From the NCBI GenBank assembly GCA_963515815.1, contig CAUQAO010000001.1:1-60957 (forward strand): a stretch of 60,957 bases of DNA. Reading direction: 5' to 3'. The notes below the pieces were generated by a model that was not told the DNA's origin, did no database searches, and saw nothing but the letters and a program-made list of their open reading frames with translations. The position numbers and the translations under genes were made by a program. The DNA is from an uncultured Prevotella sp. (lineage in GTDB: Bacteria > Bacteroidota > Bacteroidia > Bacteroidales > Bacteroidaceae). Below are positions 9,931-18,703 of this stretch, piece after piece; the stretch's first letter is position 1, and the number at the start of each line of letters is the position of its first letter.

Positions 9931-10995
9931 ATGACAGAGAAAATCAGAATCAAAGACATTGCCCAAAGAGCAGGCGTATCGGTCGGAACTGTAGACCGGG
10001 TATTGCATGGAAGGCCGAGCGTATCGAAAACCGCCCGTGAGAAGATAGAAAAGGCGCTGGCCGAGATGAACTACCAGCCCAATGTTTACGCAAGCGCGTT
10101 GGCCTACAATCGCTCGTATGTTTTTTATTTGATCATACCGAAGCACGAGTCGGAAGCCTATTGGGAAGAAATAGAACAGGGGGCCAAAAAGGCCATCGAG
10201 GCGAGAAGGGATTTTCATGTCGACACCAAAATCGTATATTACGAGCGATTCAACGACGAATCGTTTACCCGAACCTGTTTGGCGTGCCTCGAAACCAATC
10301 CCGACGGCGTAATCATCGTGCCCTCTACGCTGGAGCCCACGAAACGATTCACTGACCGGCTACACGAACAGAAAATACCGTTCGTTATGCTCGATTCGTA
10401 CATGCCCGACCTCAATCCGCTGTCGTTTTTCGGGCAAGATTCATTCAGAAGCGGCTATTTCGCAGCGCGCATATTGATGCTCGTGGCTCACGACGAGAAA
10501 CAGATCGTACTGATGAAGCGGATAAAAGACGGCAACGTTACCAGCAAGCAGCAAGCCAACCGCGAGGTGGGTTTCAGGCATTACATGGCCGACCATTATC
10601 CGCAGATAGAGATCATCGACCTGGAGCTGCCGCTGAAAGCCACCAAAACCGAGTACGGCAGTATGCTCGAACCCTTTTTCCAGGCCCACCCCGACATCCG
10701 CCACTGTATTACCTTCGGGTCGAAGGCCCACATCGTGGGCGATTTTCTGCTGAAGACCAACCGGCGCGACGTTCAGATCATGGGCTACGATATGGTCGAC
10801 AAAAATGCCGAGTGCCTGCGCCAGGGCAGCATCTCGTTTCTCATTGCACAGCACGCCTACCAGCAAGGCTACAGTTGCGTAGACACACTGTTCAAGGCCA
10901 TCGTGCTGAAAAAGAAAGTAGACCCCGTAAACTATATGCCGATAGAACTGCTGACGAAAGAGAACATCGACTTCTATCGCCGCACCCAGCTATAA
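9931..10995 (+). CDS. LacI-family transcriptional regulator
   Basis: IRIKDIAQRAGVSVGTVDRVL HTH followed by a sugar-binding domain; -7 box TAATTTTG at 9900-9907. Confidence 0.92.
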   Translation: MTEKIRIKDIAQRAGVSVGTVDRVLHGRPSVSKTAREKIEKALAEMNYQPNVYASALAYNRSYVFYLIIPKHESEAYWEEIEQGAKKAIEARRDFHVDTKIVYYERFNDESFTRTCLACLETNPDGVIIVPSTLEPTKRFTDRLHEQKIPFVMLDSYMPDLNPLSFFGQDSFRSGYFAARILMLVAHDEKQIVLMKRIKDGNVTSKQQANREVGFRHYMADHYPQIEIIDLELPLKATKTEYGSMLEPFFQAHPDIRHCITFGSKAHIVGDFLLKTNRRDVQIMGYDMVDKNAECLRQGSISFLIAQHAYQQGYSCVDTLFKAIVLKKKVDPVNYMPIELLTKENIDFYRRTQL

Positions 10996-11047
10996 CCCCG
11001 CTTTCGTGTCGGCCGGCACAAAGGCATACCCTCGGCAAACACCAGCT

Positions 11048-11854
11048 ATGGACATTATCAAGCGCAACTTCTTCCGTCTGCTACGCTCGGGAGCGCTCAA
11101 CGAGTTCGACATGTTAGAACCCATGTCGGGCTTCAAATGGAAGCGACTCGCACAGATCGTCGAGTCGCAAAAAGTTGTCGCCATCACCCTGAAAGGAATC
11201 AAGAACCACCAGTTCGACGAAAACTTCCGGATTCCGTCAGACCTGATTCAACACCTGGAACAAATTGTCACCGACGAGCAACAGCCCGCCGATCTTGCCC
11301 CGCAAATGGCCAACACGATACTCAACAACCGCCTGAAACGCATTCGGCACAACGAGCGGCATGCATTAGACACCTCGACCGAGACGCTCCGCCTGCTCGA
11401 CATCATCCTTTGCAACACCGCCCAGATTCTGAACAAAGGCATCCCCCTGAGCGGCATCATCGAACTGGGCAGATACCTGCGCACAAAGGGCCATAAAGTC
11501 GACTTCGTGAAGCTCGACGCATGGATCGACCGTCTGCATATCCGTCGCATGGCCCAGCTGCAAGGCAGTATACTGATGGCAACCCTCAACTTCGAGGCCA
11601 ACGAACTGCCCTTTGTACACCACGTAGAGCGCCAAGCCTACGCACTGGCCCTGCGCACCCTCACCCATACGCAAATTGACGCAACAGAAGAGTGGAACTT
11701 CCGCACGGGCAAAACCGGATTCATACACAACAACAACAAAATGCTCCGTCGCAACCTGCGGCGCAGCATCCGCTACATCAACTACGCCCCTATCGAAACC
11801 ACCAGCAATTTTTTCGCGAATCTGGCCCGAAGTCTTTCCGAAATCGAAGAATAA
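11048..11854 (+). CDS. Hypothetical protein resembling the helical N- and C-terminal parts of NTP_transf_5 nucleotidyltransferases
   Basis: FFRLLRSGAL...WKRLAQIVESQKV and GIPLSGIIELGRYL...VDFVKL segments; no LKG or DxD core visible; ATG 11048 chosen over GTG 11006. Confidence 0.55.
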   Translation: MDIIKRNFFRLLRSGALNEFDMLEPMSGFKWKRLAQIVESQKVVAITLKGIKNHQFDENFRIPSDLIQHLEQIVTDEQQPADLAPQMANTILNNRLKRIRHNERHALDTSTETLRLLDIILCNTAQILNKGIPLSGIIELGRYLRTKGHKVDFVKLDAWIDRLHIRRMAQLQGSILMATLNFEANELPFVHHVERQAYALALRTLTHTQIDATEEWNFRTGKTGFIHNNNKMLRRNLRRSIRYINYAPIETTSNFFANLARSLSEIEE

Positions 11855-11877
11855 ACACATACACCATTTTTTTTCTA

Positions 11878-11935
11878 TTTTGCGCGAGGAAATTTGTTCG
11901 CTGGCACCCAGCGGTCCATTTTGCGCAAGGAAATG
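11878..11935. repeat. Two-unit 41-bp repeat; inverted copy of the 57091-57190 element
   Basis: TGCGCGAGGAAAT at 11881 and TGCGCAAGGAAAT at 11922 flank the hairpin CGCTGG-CAC-CCAGCG. Confidence 0.8.
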
Positions 11936-11974
11936 AAGCCCGATGGTAACCGGAATAAAAAAAACGGCAAAAGT

Positions 11975-12005
11975 TTTGGTAATATTAAAAAACTGCTTAC
12001 CTTTG
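11975..12005 (+). promoter_or_regulatory. Promoter of tRNA-Arg
   Basis: TTTG (11975-11978) - 19 nt - TACCTTTG (11998-12005). Confidence 0.75.
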
Positions 12006-12035
12006 CCCTTGCAATTACGAAACGTGCTACAAAAA

Positions 12036-12109
12036 GGCTCCGTAGCTCAACTGAATAGAGTATCTGACTACGGATCAGAAGGTTTAGGGTTTGAATCCCT
12101 ACGGGGTCA
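12036..12109 (+). tRNA. tRNA-Arg (anticodon ACG)
   Basis: Acceptor GGCTCCG/CGGGGTC, D arm GCTC..GAG, anticodon arm CTGACT-ACG-GATCAG, T arm TAGGG-TTTGAAT-CCCTA; no encoded CCA end is clearly present. Confidence 0.95.
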
Positions 12110-12110
12110 C

Positions 12111-12142
12111 AAAGAGATGGTTTTCGAACCATCTCTTTTTTT
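12111..12142 (+). terminator. Intrinsic terminator of tRNA-Arg
   Basis: AAAGAGATGGTT-TTCG-AACCATCTCTTT followed by a T tract. Confidence 0.88.
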
Positions 12143-12301
12143 ATTTCCCGATATAAAGATTGTTTCGCGACAAAGGTGCTCGTGCCTGGAGGATGCACGG
12201 CATATTGTGACTTCGGAAGACCGTGGGACGAATGGGTAGAATAAAATTTGCTATCTCGCAAATTAGTCGTAATTTTACGCCACAAAAATAAAGAACACTA
12301 T

Positions 12302-12928
12302 ATGAAGAAAGTCTTATCATCCATTCTGATCGTTGTGCTGAATGTTTCTGTTGCTGCAGGGCAAAACGTATATAAGCCAAAAAAAGATCGTATGCTTTGG
12401 GATACATTCGTTGGTTTCAAGGCCGGTGCCATGTACGCTAACCTAACTTCGCTGAAAGGAAAAGAAATGATTATGCCTACGGGCGGCATGTTTGCCGAGC
12501 TGTTTGTCAACAGGTCGCTTTCGGTAGAACTGGATATGATGTACTCGCAGCAGGGAAGTAAGGAGACCGTTTCGTTACGCGGATCGGATAACGGGCAGCT
12601 GTACGACTATAAATTCGAGTATTTGAATATGGATTGTCTGCTGAAAGGCTATCTGGCCGACTGGTTATCTTTCTATACCGGAGTTCACATGGCCGGTGCG
12701 ATATCTATGAAGCGCAATGGAACGAAAATAAATAAAAACGAGCTGTATTCGGGCGATGTAGCCGTGCCCGTGGGACTTTCGTTTGTCTGCAAGAATATCA
12801 GTTTGGATGCACGCTATTATTATCCTCTTCGTAAAGTAGCACGGTCGGCAGCGGCAAAAGAGATAATGGGCAACGCAAAAAATATGGGAATAGTCGTGAC
12901 GCTGGGCTATCGAATACCAGTTTTCTGA
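12302..12928 (+). CDS. Outer-membrane beta-barrel protein (porin/PorT-like family)
   Basis: Signal peptide MKKVLSSILIVVLNVSVAAG; GFKAG, YSQQG, LDARYYY motifs; C-terminal LGYRIPVF. Confidence 0.8.
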   Translation: MKKVLSSILIVVLNVSVAAGQNVYKPKKDRMLWDTFVGFKAGAMYANLTSLKGKEMIMPTGGMFAELFVNRSLSVELDMMYSQQGSKETVSLRGSDNGQLYDYKFEYLNMDCLLKGYLADWLSFYTGVHMAGAISMKRNGTKINKNELYSGDVAVPVGLSFVCKNISLDARYYYPLRKVARSAAAKEIMGNAKNMGIVVTLGYRIPVF

Positions 12929-13011
12929 ATAACAATCAACACAATGAGAAGCTACCACAGAATAGCTTCTCATTTTTGTTTAGGATAATGAGGTCGGCAC
13001 ACCAACACTTT

Positions 13012-13647
13012 CTACTCTTCAAGATGCAGATGCGGCAGACTGATGTGGTACTTGACTGCCAGGAATCGGATGATGCAGATCAGTAAGAACACGACGATGA
13101 CGGTGACGCTTACATCGACGCCCAACTCTATGAGCATCCAATAAACCAGTCCGCCGAAGATGCTGGCAATGGCATAAATCTCTTTATGGAAGATAACAGG
13201 AATGTTGTTGAGCAGAATGTCGCGGATGATACCGCCCGCCGATCCGGTTATGCACCCCATGACGATGGCTACCCAGAAAGGATGCCCGCAGGCAATCGTC
13301 TTCTGGATGCCGGCTATAGTGAATAATGCCAGCCCGAAGGTGTCGAAAACAAACCATGTGTTATCTAAACGTTTCAGCGATTTTGAAAAGACGATGACAA
13401 AAATTTGAGCCAATACGGTGCAAACGATGTACACGCTGGACGTCATCCAAAACGGCGTTACGCCCAGCATTACGTCGCGAATGGTTCCGCCGCCAATGGC
13501 TACAGCTATGCCGCAGACAAAGCCGCCGAACCAGTCGAAATTCTTGCCCGCAGCATGCCTGATACCCGAGATGGCAAACGCAAACGTGCCGATGAACTCG
13601 ATGAGTTGCTGAAGAGTGTGTACAAATTCAGGATCTTTGTAAAGCAT
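13012..13647 (-). CDS. Trimeric intracellular cation channel (TRIC/UPF0126) family membrane protein
   Basis: GTFAFAISG, GGGTIRD and GGIIRD repeated motifs. Confidence 0.9.
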   Translation of the reverse strand: MLYKDPEFVHTLQQLIEFIGTFAFAISGIRHAAGKNFDWFGGFVCGIAVAIGGGTIRDVMLGVTPFWMTSSVYIVCTVLAQIFVIVFSKSLKRLDNTWFVFDTFGLALFTIAGIQKTIACGHPFWVAIVMGCITGSAGGIIRDILLNNIPVIFHKEIYAIASIFGGLVYWMLIELGVDVSVTVIVVFLLICIIRFLAVKYHISLPHLHLEE

Positions 13648-13684
13648 ACGTTGGTTGAACGGTTAAGAATGCGATGATCGTTCA

Positions 13685-14668
13685 TCAAATATCGACAACG
13701 TTCTGCGGCGTACCTTCGATAAAAGCTCTCACGTTATCAATGGCGATATTCATCATGCGCATGCGCGCCTCGGGCGTAGCCCATGCAATGTGCGGCGTGA
13801 TAAACGCCTTCGGGTGTTTCAACAGGGGGTTATCGACAGATGGCGGCTCAGCACTCATAACGTCTGCGCCATATCCTCTTAACTGTCCGCTCTCAAGCGC
13901 TGCAACTACATCGCTTTCGTTAACGAGCAGCCCCCTGCTGGTGTTGATCAAGATGGCTCCTCGTTTCATCTTCTGTAGCTTTTCTTTGTCGATAAGTCCT
14001 CTTGTCGCATCTGTCAGCGGACAGTGGAGCGACAGAATATCGCTAACGGCAAGCAGTCCGTCGAGGGTTGTTTTTTGAATGCCTTCGGGCAAATCGCCCG
14101 AATTTTTGCTGGTATATGCGTAGACATCCATTCCGAAGGCTCTGGCAATGCAGGCAACGCGGCTTCCGATGTGACCAAGCCCAATAATGCCCATGACTTT
14201 TCCCGCCAATTCTTGCAAAGGCGTGTCCCAATAACAGAAATCAACATTGTTGCTCCAGCGTCCCATTCTGCATTGGTTGGTATAATGCTCTACCCGATTT
14301 GTCATGGCAAAGATACTGGCAAAAACCATTTGGGCTACACTGTAGGTGCTGTATGAGGGGATATTGCAGACGGTAATTCCGCGAGCGTAGGCGGCCTGCA
14401 AATCGATCGTATTATAGCCCGTTGCCAGTACGCCGATGTACTTCAGCTGACTCAATTGCACCATGCGGTCGGCGCCGAGCGGTACCTTATTGGTCAAAAT
14501 AATCTGGGCATCTTTCGCACGTTTTATCACTTCGTCGGCTGGCGTTCGGTCGTAGACGGTCAGATTACCCAACTCTTTCAGAGCATCCCATGAGAGATCG
14601 CCCGGATTGACAGTATATCCATCCAAAATAACGATATTGGGACGGTGATTATTCGCAGTTGCTTTCAT
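13685..14668 (-). CDS. D-2-hydroxyacid (glycerate-type) dehydrogenase
   Basis: LDGYTVNPGDLSW, GIIGLGHIG Rossmann motif, LINTSRG, ITPHIAWA. Confidence 0.92.
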   Translation of the reverse strand: MKATANNHRPNIVILDGYTVNPGDLSWDALKELGNLTVYDRTPADEVIKRAKDAQIILTNKVPLGADRMVQLSQLKYIGVLATGYNTIDLQAAYARGITVCNIPSYSTYSVAQMVFASIFAMTNRVEHYTNQCRMGRWSNNVDFCYWDTPLQELAGKVMGIIGLGHIGSRVACIARAFGMDVYAYTSKNSGDLPEGIQKTTLDGLLAVSDILSLHCPLTDATRGLIDKEKLQKMKRGAILINTSRGLLVNESDVVAALESGQLRGYGADVMSAEPPSVDNPLLKHPKAFITPHIAWATPEARMRMMNIAIDNVRAFIEGTPQNVVDI

Positions 14669-14705
14669 CTTTTATTCTTGTTTGTTGTTGCTATCGGTTA
14701 TGGGT

Positions 14706-15980
14706 TCAGTCTTCAAAACGATTTCCCCAACACTGAATCATCCATTGATACATTTTCTCTTCCGTTGCATTGTGTTGTGCATGCCACAGACGTTTATCCT
14801 GCAAATTATCCGGCAAGTATTGTTGCACCACGAAATGTTTCGGATAGTTATGGCTGTATTTGTAACCGTCGCCATATCCTAATTGTTTCATCAGTTGCGT
14901 GGGAGCATTGCGCAGATGCAATGGAACCGGAAGATTGCCCGTCTCTTTTACCAGCGCTAAGGCTGCATCAATGGCAAGATAGGCCGAATTGCTTTTAGGA
15001 CTGGTGGCCAGGTACACCGCAGCCTCTGCCAACGGAATCCGGCCTTCGGGCCATCCTATTTTCATCACGGTATCGAACGCAGCGTTGGCCAACAGCAACG
15101 CATTGGGGTTGGCAAGGCCGATATCTTCGGCGGCCAGAATCACCAGTCGGCGGGCAATAAACTGCGGATCTTCGCCTCCTTCTATCATTCGGGCCATCCA
15201 ATAGAGTGCTCCGTCGGGATCGCTTCCGCGTATACTTTTGATGAAGGCCGAGATAATGTCATAATGCATTTCACCGTCTTTGTCGTATGCTAACGGATTC
15301 TGCTGCAAACGATCGACGACAAGTTGATCGGTAATAACAACCTCATCGGTTTCGGCGGCATTGATCACCAGCTCTAATATGTTGAGAAGTTTACGTGCAT
15401 CGCCGCCGCAATATCTGAGAAGCGCACCGGTTTCTTGTAGTTCTATTTTGCGTTGCCTCAGCTCTACATCAGCAGTAATGGCGCGATGGAGTAGCTGCAG
15501 CAGATCTTCTTCATCTAAAGACTTAAGTATATAGAGTTGGCAACGAGACTGCAAAGGGCGTATCACTTCGAACGATGGATTCTCGGTCGTCGCTCCGATC
15601 AATGTAACGACACCGCGTTCTACGGCGCCCAATAGCGAGTCCTGTTGCGATTTACTGAAGCGATGTATCTCGTCGATAAACAGAATCGGAGATACCGTAC
15701 TGAAAAAACGATTATTCTTGGCCTTATCGATCACTTCCCTTACATCCTTGACGCCGCTGGTCACAGCACTTAAAGTATAAAAAGGTATTTCGAGCTTATG
15801 GGCGATGATCTGGGCAAGCGTTGTTTTCCCCACACCAGGAGGCCCCCAAAGAATGAAAGAAGAAATATGTCCCGATTCGATCATCTTGCGCAATACGGCC
15901 CCCTTCCCTATCAAATGTTGTTGCCCAACATACTCATCGAGCGTACGCGGACGCATTCTTTCGGCTAAAGGTTCATTCAT
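14706..15980 (-). CDS. rarA: Replication-associated recombination protein A (MgsA)
   Basis: PLAERMRP, GPPGVGKTT, DEIHRF, ATTENP, SAFIKSIRGSD; -7 box TACCTTTG (minus) at 16062-16069. Confidence 0.95.
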   Translation of the reverse strand: MNEPLAERMRPRTLDEYVGQQHLIGKGAVLRKMIESGHISSFILWGPPGVGKTTLAQIIAHKLEIPFYTLSAVTSGVKDVREVIDKAKNNRFFSTVSPILFIDEIHRFSKSQQDSLLGAVERGVVTLIGATTENPSFEVIRPLQSRCQLYILKSLDEEDLLQLLHRAITADVELRQRKIELQETGALLRYCGGDARKLLNILELVINAAETDEVVITDQLVVDRLQQNPLAYDKDGEMHYDIISAFIKSIRGSDPDGALYWMARMIEGGEDPQFIARRLVILAAEDIGLANPNALLLANAAFDTVMKIGWPEGRIPLAEAAVYLATSPKSNSAYLAIDAALALVKETGNLPVPLHLRNAPTQLMKQLGYGDGYKYSHNYPKHFVVQQYLPDNLQDKRLWHAQHNATEEKMYQWMIQCWGNRFED

Positions 15981-16138
15981 AATTATCATTCATTTTAAGA
16001 CGACCGTAAATAGCAATTAAAATGGGAGAAATACATGATCTGCAGGTAATCTTCGTTGACGCAAAGGTATGAAAACTTTAGGTAAAAGATTGGATAAATT
16101 GCATTTTTTGGGAACGGTCGAAAAATTTATAGAAAAAG

Positions 16139-16170
16139 TTTGCCAATTAAAAATTAAGTCTCTATTTTTG
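16139..16170 (+). promoter_or_regulatory. Promoter about 250 nt upstream of the 268-aa hypothetical gene
   Basis: TTTG (16139-16142) - 20 nt - TATTTTTG (16163-16170). Confidence 0.7.
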
Positions 16171-16192
16171 CAGCAAAGCAGACAGGATAAGT

Positions 16193-16297
16193 ATGAAAGT
16201 TACACCGCTCCAAACCAACACATCGTTATCTACATCTATCTATGACAAGCGTTACTTACTTAATTTGCTAAAAAATCCGTTTCACACAGGCTGGTAA
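16193..16297 (+). CDS. Putative 34-aa leader peptide / uORF
   Basis: MKVTPLQTNTSLSTSIYDKRYLLNLLKNPFHTGW*; starts 22 nt after the -7 box. Confidence 0.4.
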   Translation: MKVTPLQTNTSLSTSIYDKRYLLNLLKNPFHTGW

Positions 16298-16426
16298 TCT
16301 GATCTGTCCGGATACCGTTGTTTGTGCATGGCAAATACTCGGCTAAGAAGCTTAGCGATAAAGAATCTGCATGATGCCGTAGCGTGAAAAATTTGAAGAA
16401 ATAAAAAAAGAAGATATATAAAGTAT

Positions 16427-17233
16427 ATGAAACAGAAGAGCATTTTATCCCTTAAAACACTAACGAAAAGCAGTGTGTGGGAGATTCAAGAAAATGACGT
16501 ATTCAGATTGTGGGAAGCAGCCGAAAGAGATGCCGACTTAAAAGACAATACCCGACATTACATGGACATCATACGCAGTGCTTTCGAAATGGAAGAGATC
16601 AAAGTAGACAAGCCCGAAGTCATCAAGAAGTATGAAGACCGGGGATTTAAAATCGGAAATTTCCGAGCAGATGAAAATGCCAAGCAGAAATGGGCCATCA
16701 AAAAACGTGTGATCATGCGAGTAAGCGACCTCACTCGCGAGAATATACGACACATATCGGCCGCTAAACTGTTAGAAATCATTGACCGAAATTTCGGCGG
16801 AGGCTGGGAATCGCTTTCGCAAAACATCAAAGACATCATTGAAAGCGGGTTCGACATCAGCACAACGACATTGCCGAAAGACCGGTTGCACAAAAAGGGC
16901 GGAATGTACGAGAAAAGAACTGTCGACGGATTCGAGGTGCTTGAAATACCGAAAGGGGCTTGGGTCGAGGCAATTTTTGCTAAAGTAAAATCCAATACAG
17001 AGAAAACAAAGATAGAGGCTAGTACTAATAGCATTATTCAACAAGAAATGGAACTGAATATGGAACAAGAAGATAACCTGCCCGAAATAGGAGTTGTAAA
17101 CGATGGTAAGGAGACCGATTCGTATGATGAAAATGATTTTACGGAAGAAAGCTATCGCACCACCTTCGACTCAGACTCTGAAGAACTGAATATTGAGGAC
17201 GAAGATGTAAGCTCAGAGGATGAAGACTATTGA
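16427..17233 (+). CDS. Hypothetical protein with an internal duplication and an acidic C-terminal tail
   Basis: 268-aa ORF with A-rich initiation region; DIIRSAFE/DIIESGFD repeat; D/E-rich last ~60 aa. Confidence 0.8.
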   Translation: MKQKSILSLKTLTKSSVWEIQENDVFRLWEAAERDADLKDNTRHYMDIIRSAFEMEEIKVDKPEVIKKYEDRGFKIGNFRADENAKQKWAIKKRVIMRVSDLTRENIRHISAAKLLEIIDRNFGGGWESLSQNIKDIIESGFDISTTTLPKDRLHKKGGMYEKRTVDGFEVLEIPKGAWVEAIFAKVKSNTEKTKIEASTNSIIQQEMELNMEQEDNLPEIGVVNDGKETDSYDENDFTEESYRTTFDSDSEELNIEDEDVSSEDEDY

Positions 17234-17484
17234 CGGTGCTTCGACGACCGCCATTTTTATTGCCTTCTCGCTAAACCTTTTTACACTGAATCGTATAGAG
17301 CTTATTGGTGTCCGGTAAAAATAAGAAGAGCAAGTACTACATTCTTTTTTTCGATCGTTGCTGCCAGCTTTTTATTCTGTCGAATTTTATTTTGCCTTAA
17401 AAAAAGTCAATTTGTTGCGCAAAAATTGTTTTTACCCTCGGAAAAATGACCTTCCGGCACCCCCGTCGAACCGACTGAAGAAGA

Positions 17485-18081
17485 TTATATCTTATTGATG
17501 TCTACATAACCATGCGTCACGGCATAAATGGTGAGCGCCGAGACACCTTTTATTCCTAACTTTTCCATAATATTCTTTCGATGAGTAATGACCGTCGTTA
17601 GACCTATATGTAGCATGTCGGCAATCTGTTTATTCAGATGACCCTGAACGATCAGAGAGAGTACTTCGATCTCTCTATCCGAAAGAACTTTTGCTTCCAA
17701 CACGTTAGGAATCGGCGGAAAATGTTGGCCGCTTCCGTGGGCATGTTGTTCCAAGACCAGCAACGACCTTACCAACTGGTCTTCAGGCACGTTGATGCAA
17801 AGACAATGAAAACCGGTAAGCTGTGTAGACGGATCGCTGGAATTGATCAGGACGATGGTTTTGTGGCGATGATCCAGAAAAAATGGCCGATGCTCCAACA
17901 CAATGTTCATCGACACAAAATAATGAAAAAAAGAATCGGCACCGTATTCCATCAGTTCGTCGAACGAACCGAATGCAGACACGTTCATGATGGGCAGAAC
18001 GCCTTGCAACATTTGCTTAAGCCCTAATACAGCTAATGTATTGGGATCTATGATCGCAATTTGCGGGCGACTGTTCTTCAT
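17485..18081 (-). CDS. LuxR-family HTH transcriptional regulator with degenerate receiver-like N-terminus
   Basis: LSDREIEVLSLIVQGHLNKQIADMLHIGLTTVITHRKNIMEKL; -7 box TATCTTTG (minus) at 18109-18116. Confidence 0.9.
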   Translation of the reverse strand: MKNSRPQIAIIDPNTLAVLGLKQMLQGVLPIMNVSAFGSFDELMEYGADSFFHYFVSMNIVLEHRPFFLDHRHKTIVLINSSDPSTQLTGFHCLCINVPEDQLVRSLLVLEQHAHGSGQHFPPIPNVLEAKVLSDREIEVLSLIVQGHLNKQIADMLHIGLTTVITHRKNIMEKLGIKGVSALTIYAVTHGYVDINKI

Positions 18082-18117
18082 CTTTTTTATCTTCTATCAT
18101 CATCGCCGCAAAGATAG

Positions 18118-18585
18118 CTATTTTTTCCAGAAAGCAGACGTGATGTCAACGAAATCGGCTTTGTCGACACGCTTATAAAGGCGCTGATTGGTTGTCCGTT
18201 CCTTCAATCCGCCCAGGTGAGCGATATAAGGCCCAATCTTGATATAATCGAAATGTTCTTTTCGGATGATCGATGGGATGCGTATTCGACCGCTATACCA
18301 CCCTATCTTGAATTGGGGATAATGCAGCCTGAGGTAACAAGCCATCTGGATAACTGATTGAGGGTCGGCGTCGCCTCCCATGAAGCAGATACAGGTGATA
18401 TCGTTTCCATATTTTTCTATCAGTCCATCGAGCGCTTCGGGAGTCAACGGTTCGCCCACATCGCACCACAAATACGTGCTGTGACACCCCGGACATCTGC
18501 AAGGGCAGTTGGATATATTGATAGAGAGTGTTATCTCGTCGGGTATTTCTTGAAAGACAACACCAGTGTTTACATACTTCAACAC
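18118..18585 (-). CDS. nrdG: Anaerobic ribonucleotide reductase activating protein (radical SAM)
   Basis: CPCRCPGCHS CxxxCxxC motif, TTNQRLY; directly downstream of nrdD. Confidence 0.93.
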   Translation of the reverse strand: MLKYVNTGVVFQEIPDEITLSINISNCPCRCPGCHSTYLWCDVGEPLTPEALDGLIEKYGNDITCICFMGGDADPQSVIQMACYLRLHYPQFKIGWYSGRIRIPSIIRKEHFDYIKIGPYIAHLGGLKERTTNQRLYKRVDKADFVDITSAFWKK

Positions 18586-18703
18586 AAACGAATACTGTTT
18601 TCAATACGAATAAATGCTGATTGAGAAGCAAAAAAAGCCCCCAGCGCCTGTATTCTTTTTGCTCGAAAAATACACTGCGATGGAGCGAATCGCTTTTCTA
18701 TGT

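Noticed and set aside
12036..12928. tRNA-Arg as an island integration site
   Set aside because: No integrase, and I found no duplicated tRNA 3' end; the tRNA's own terminator is intact
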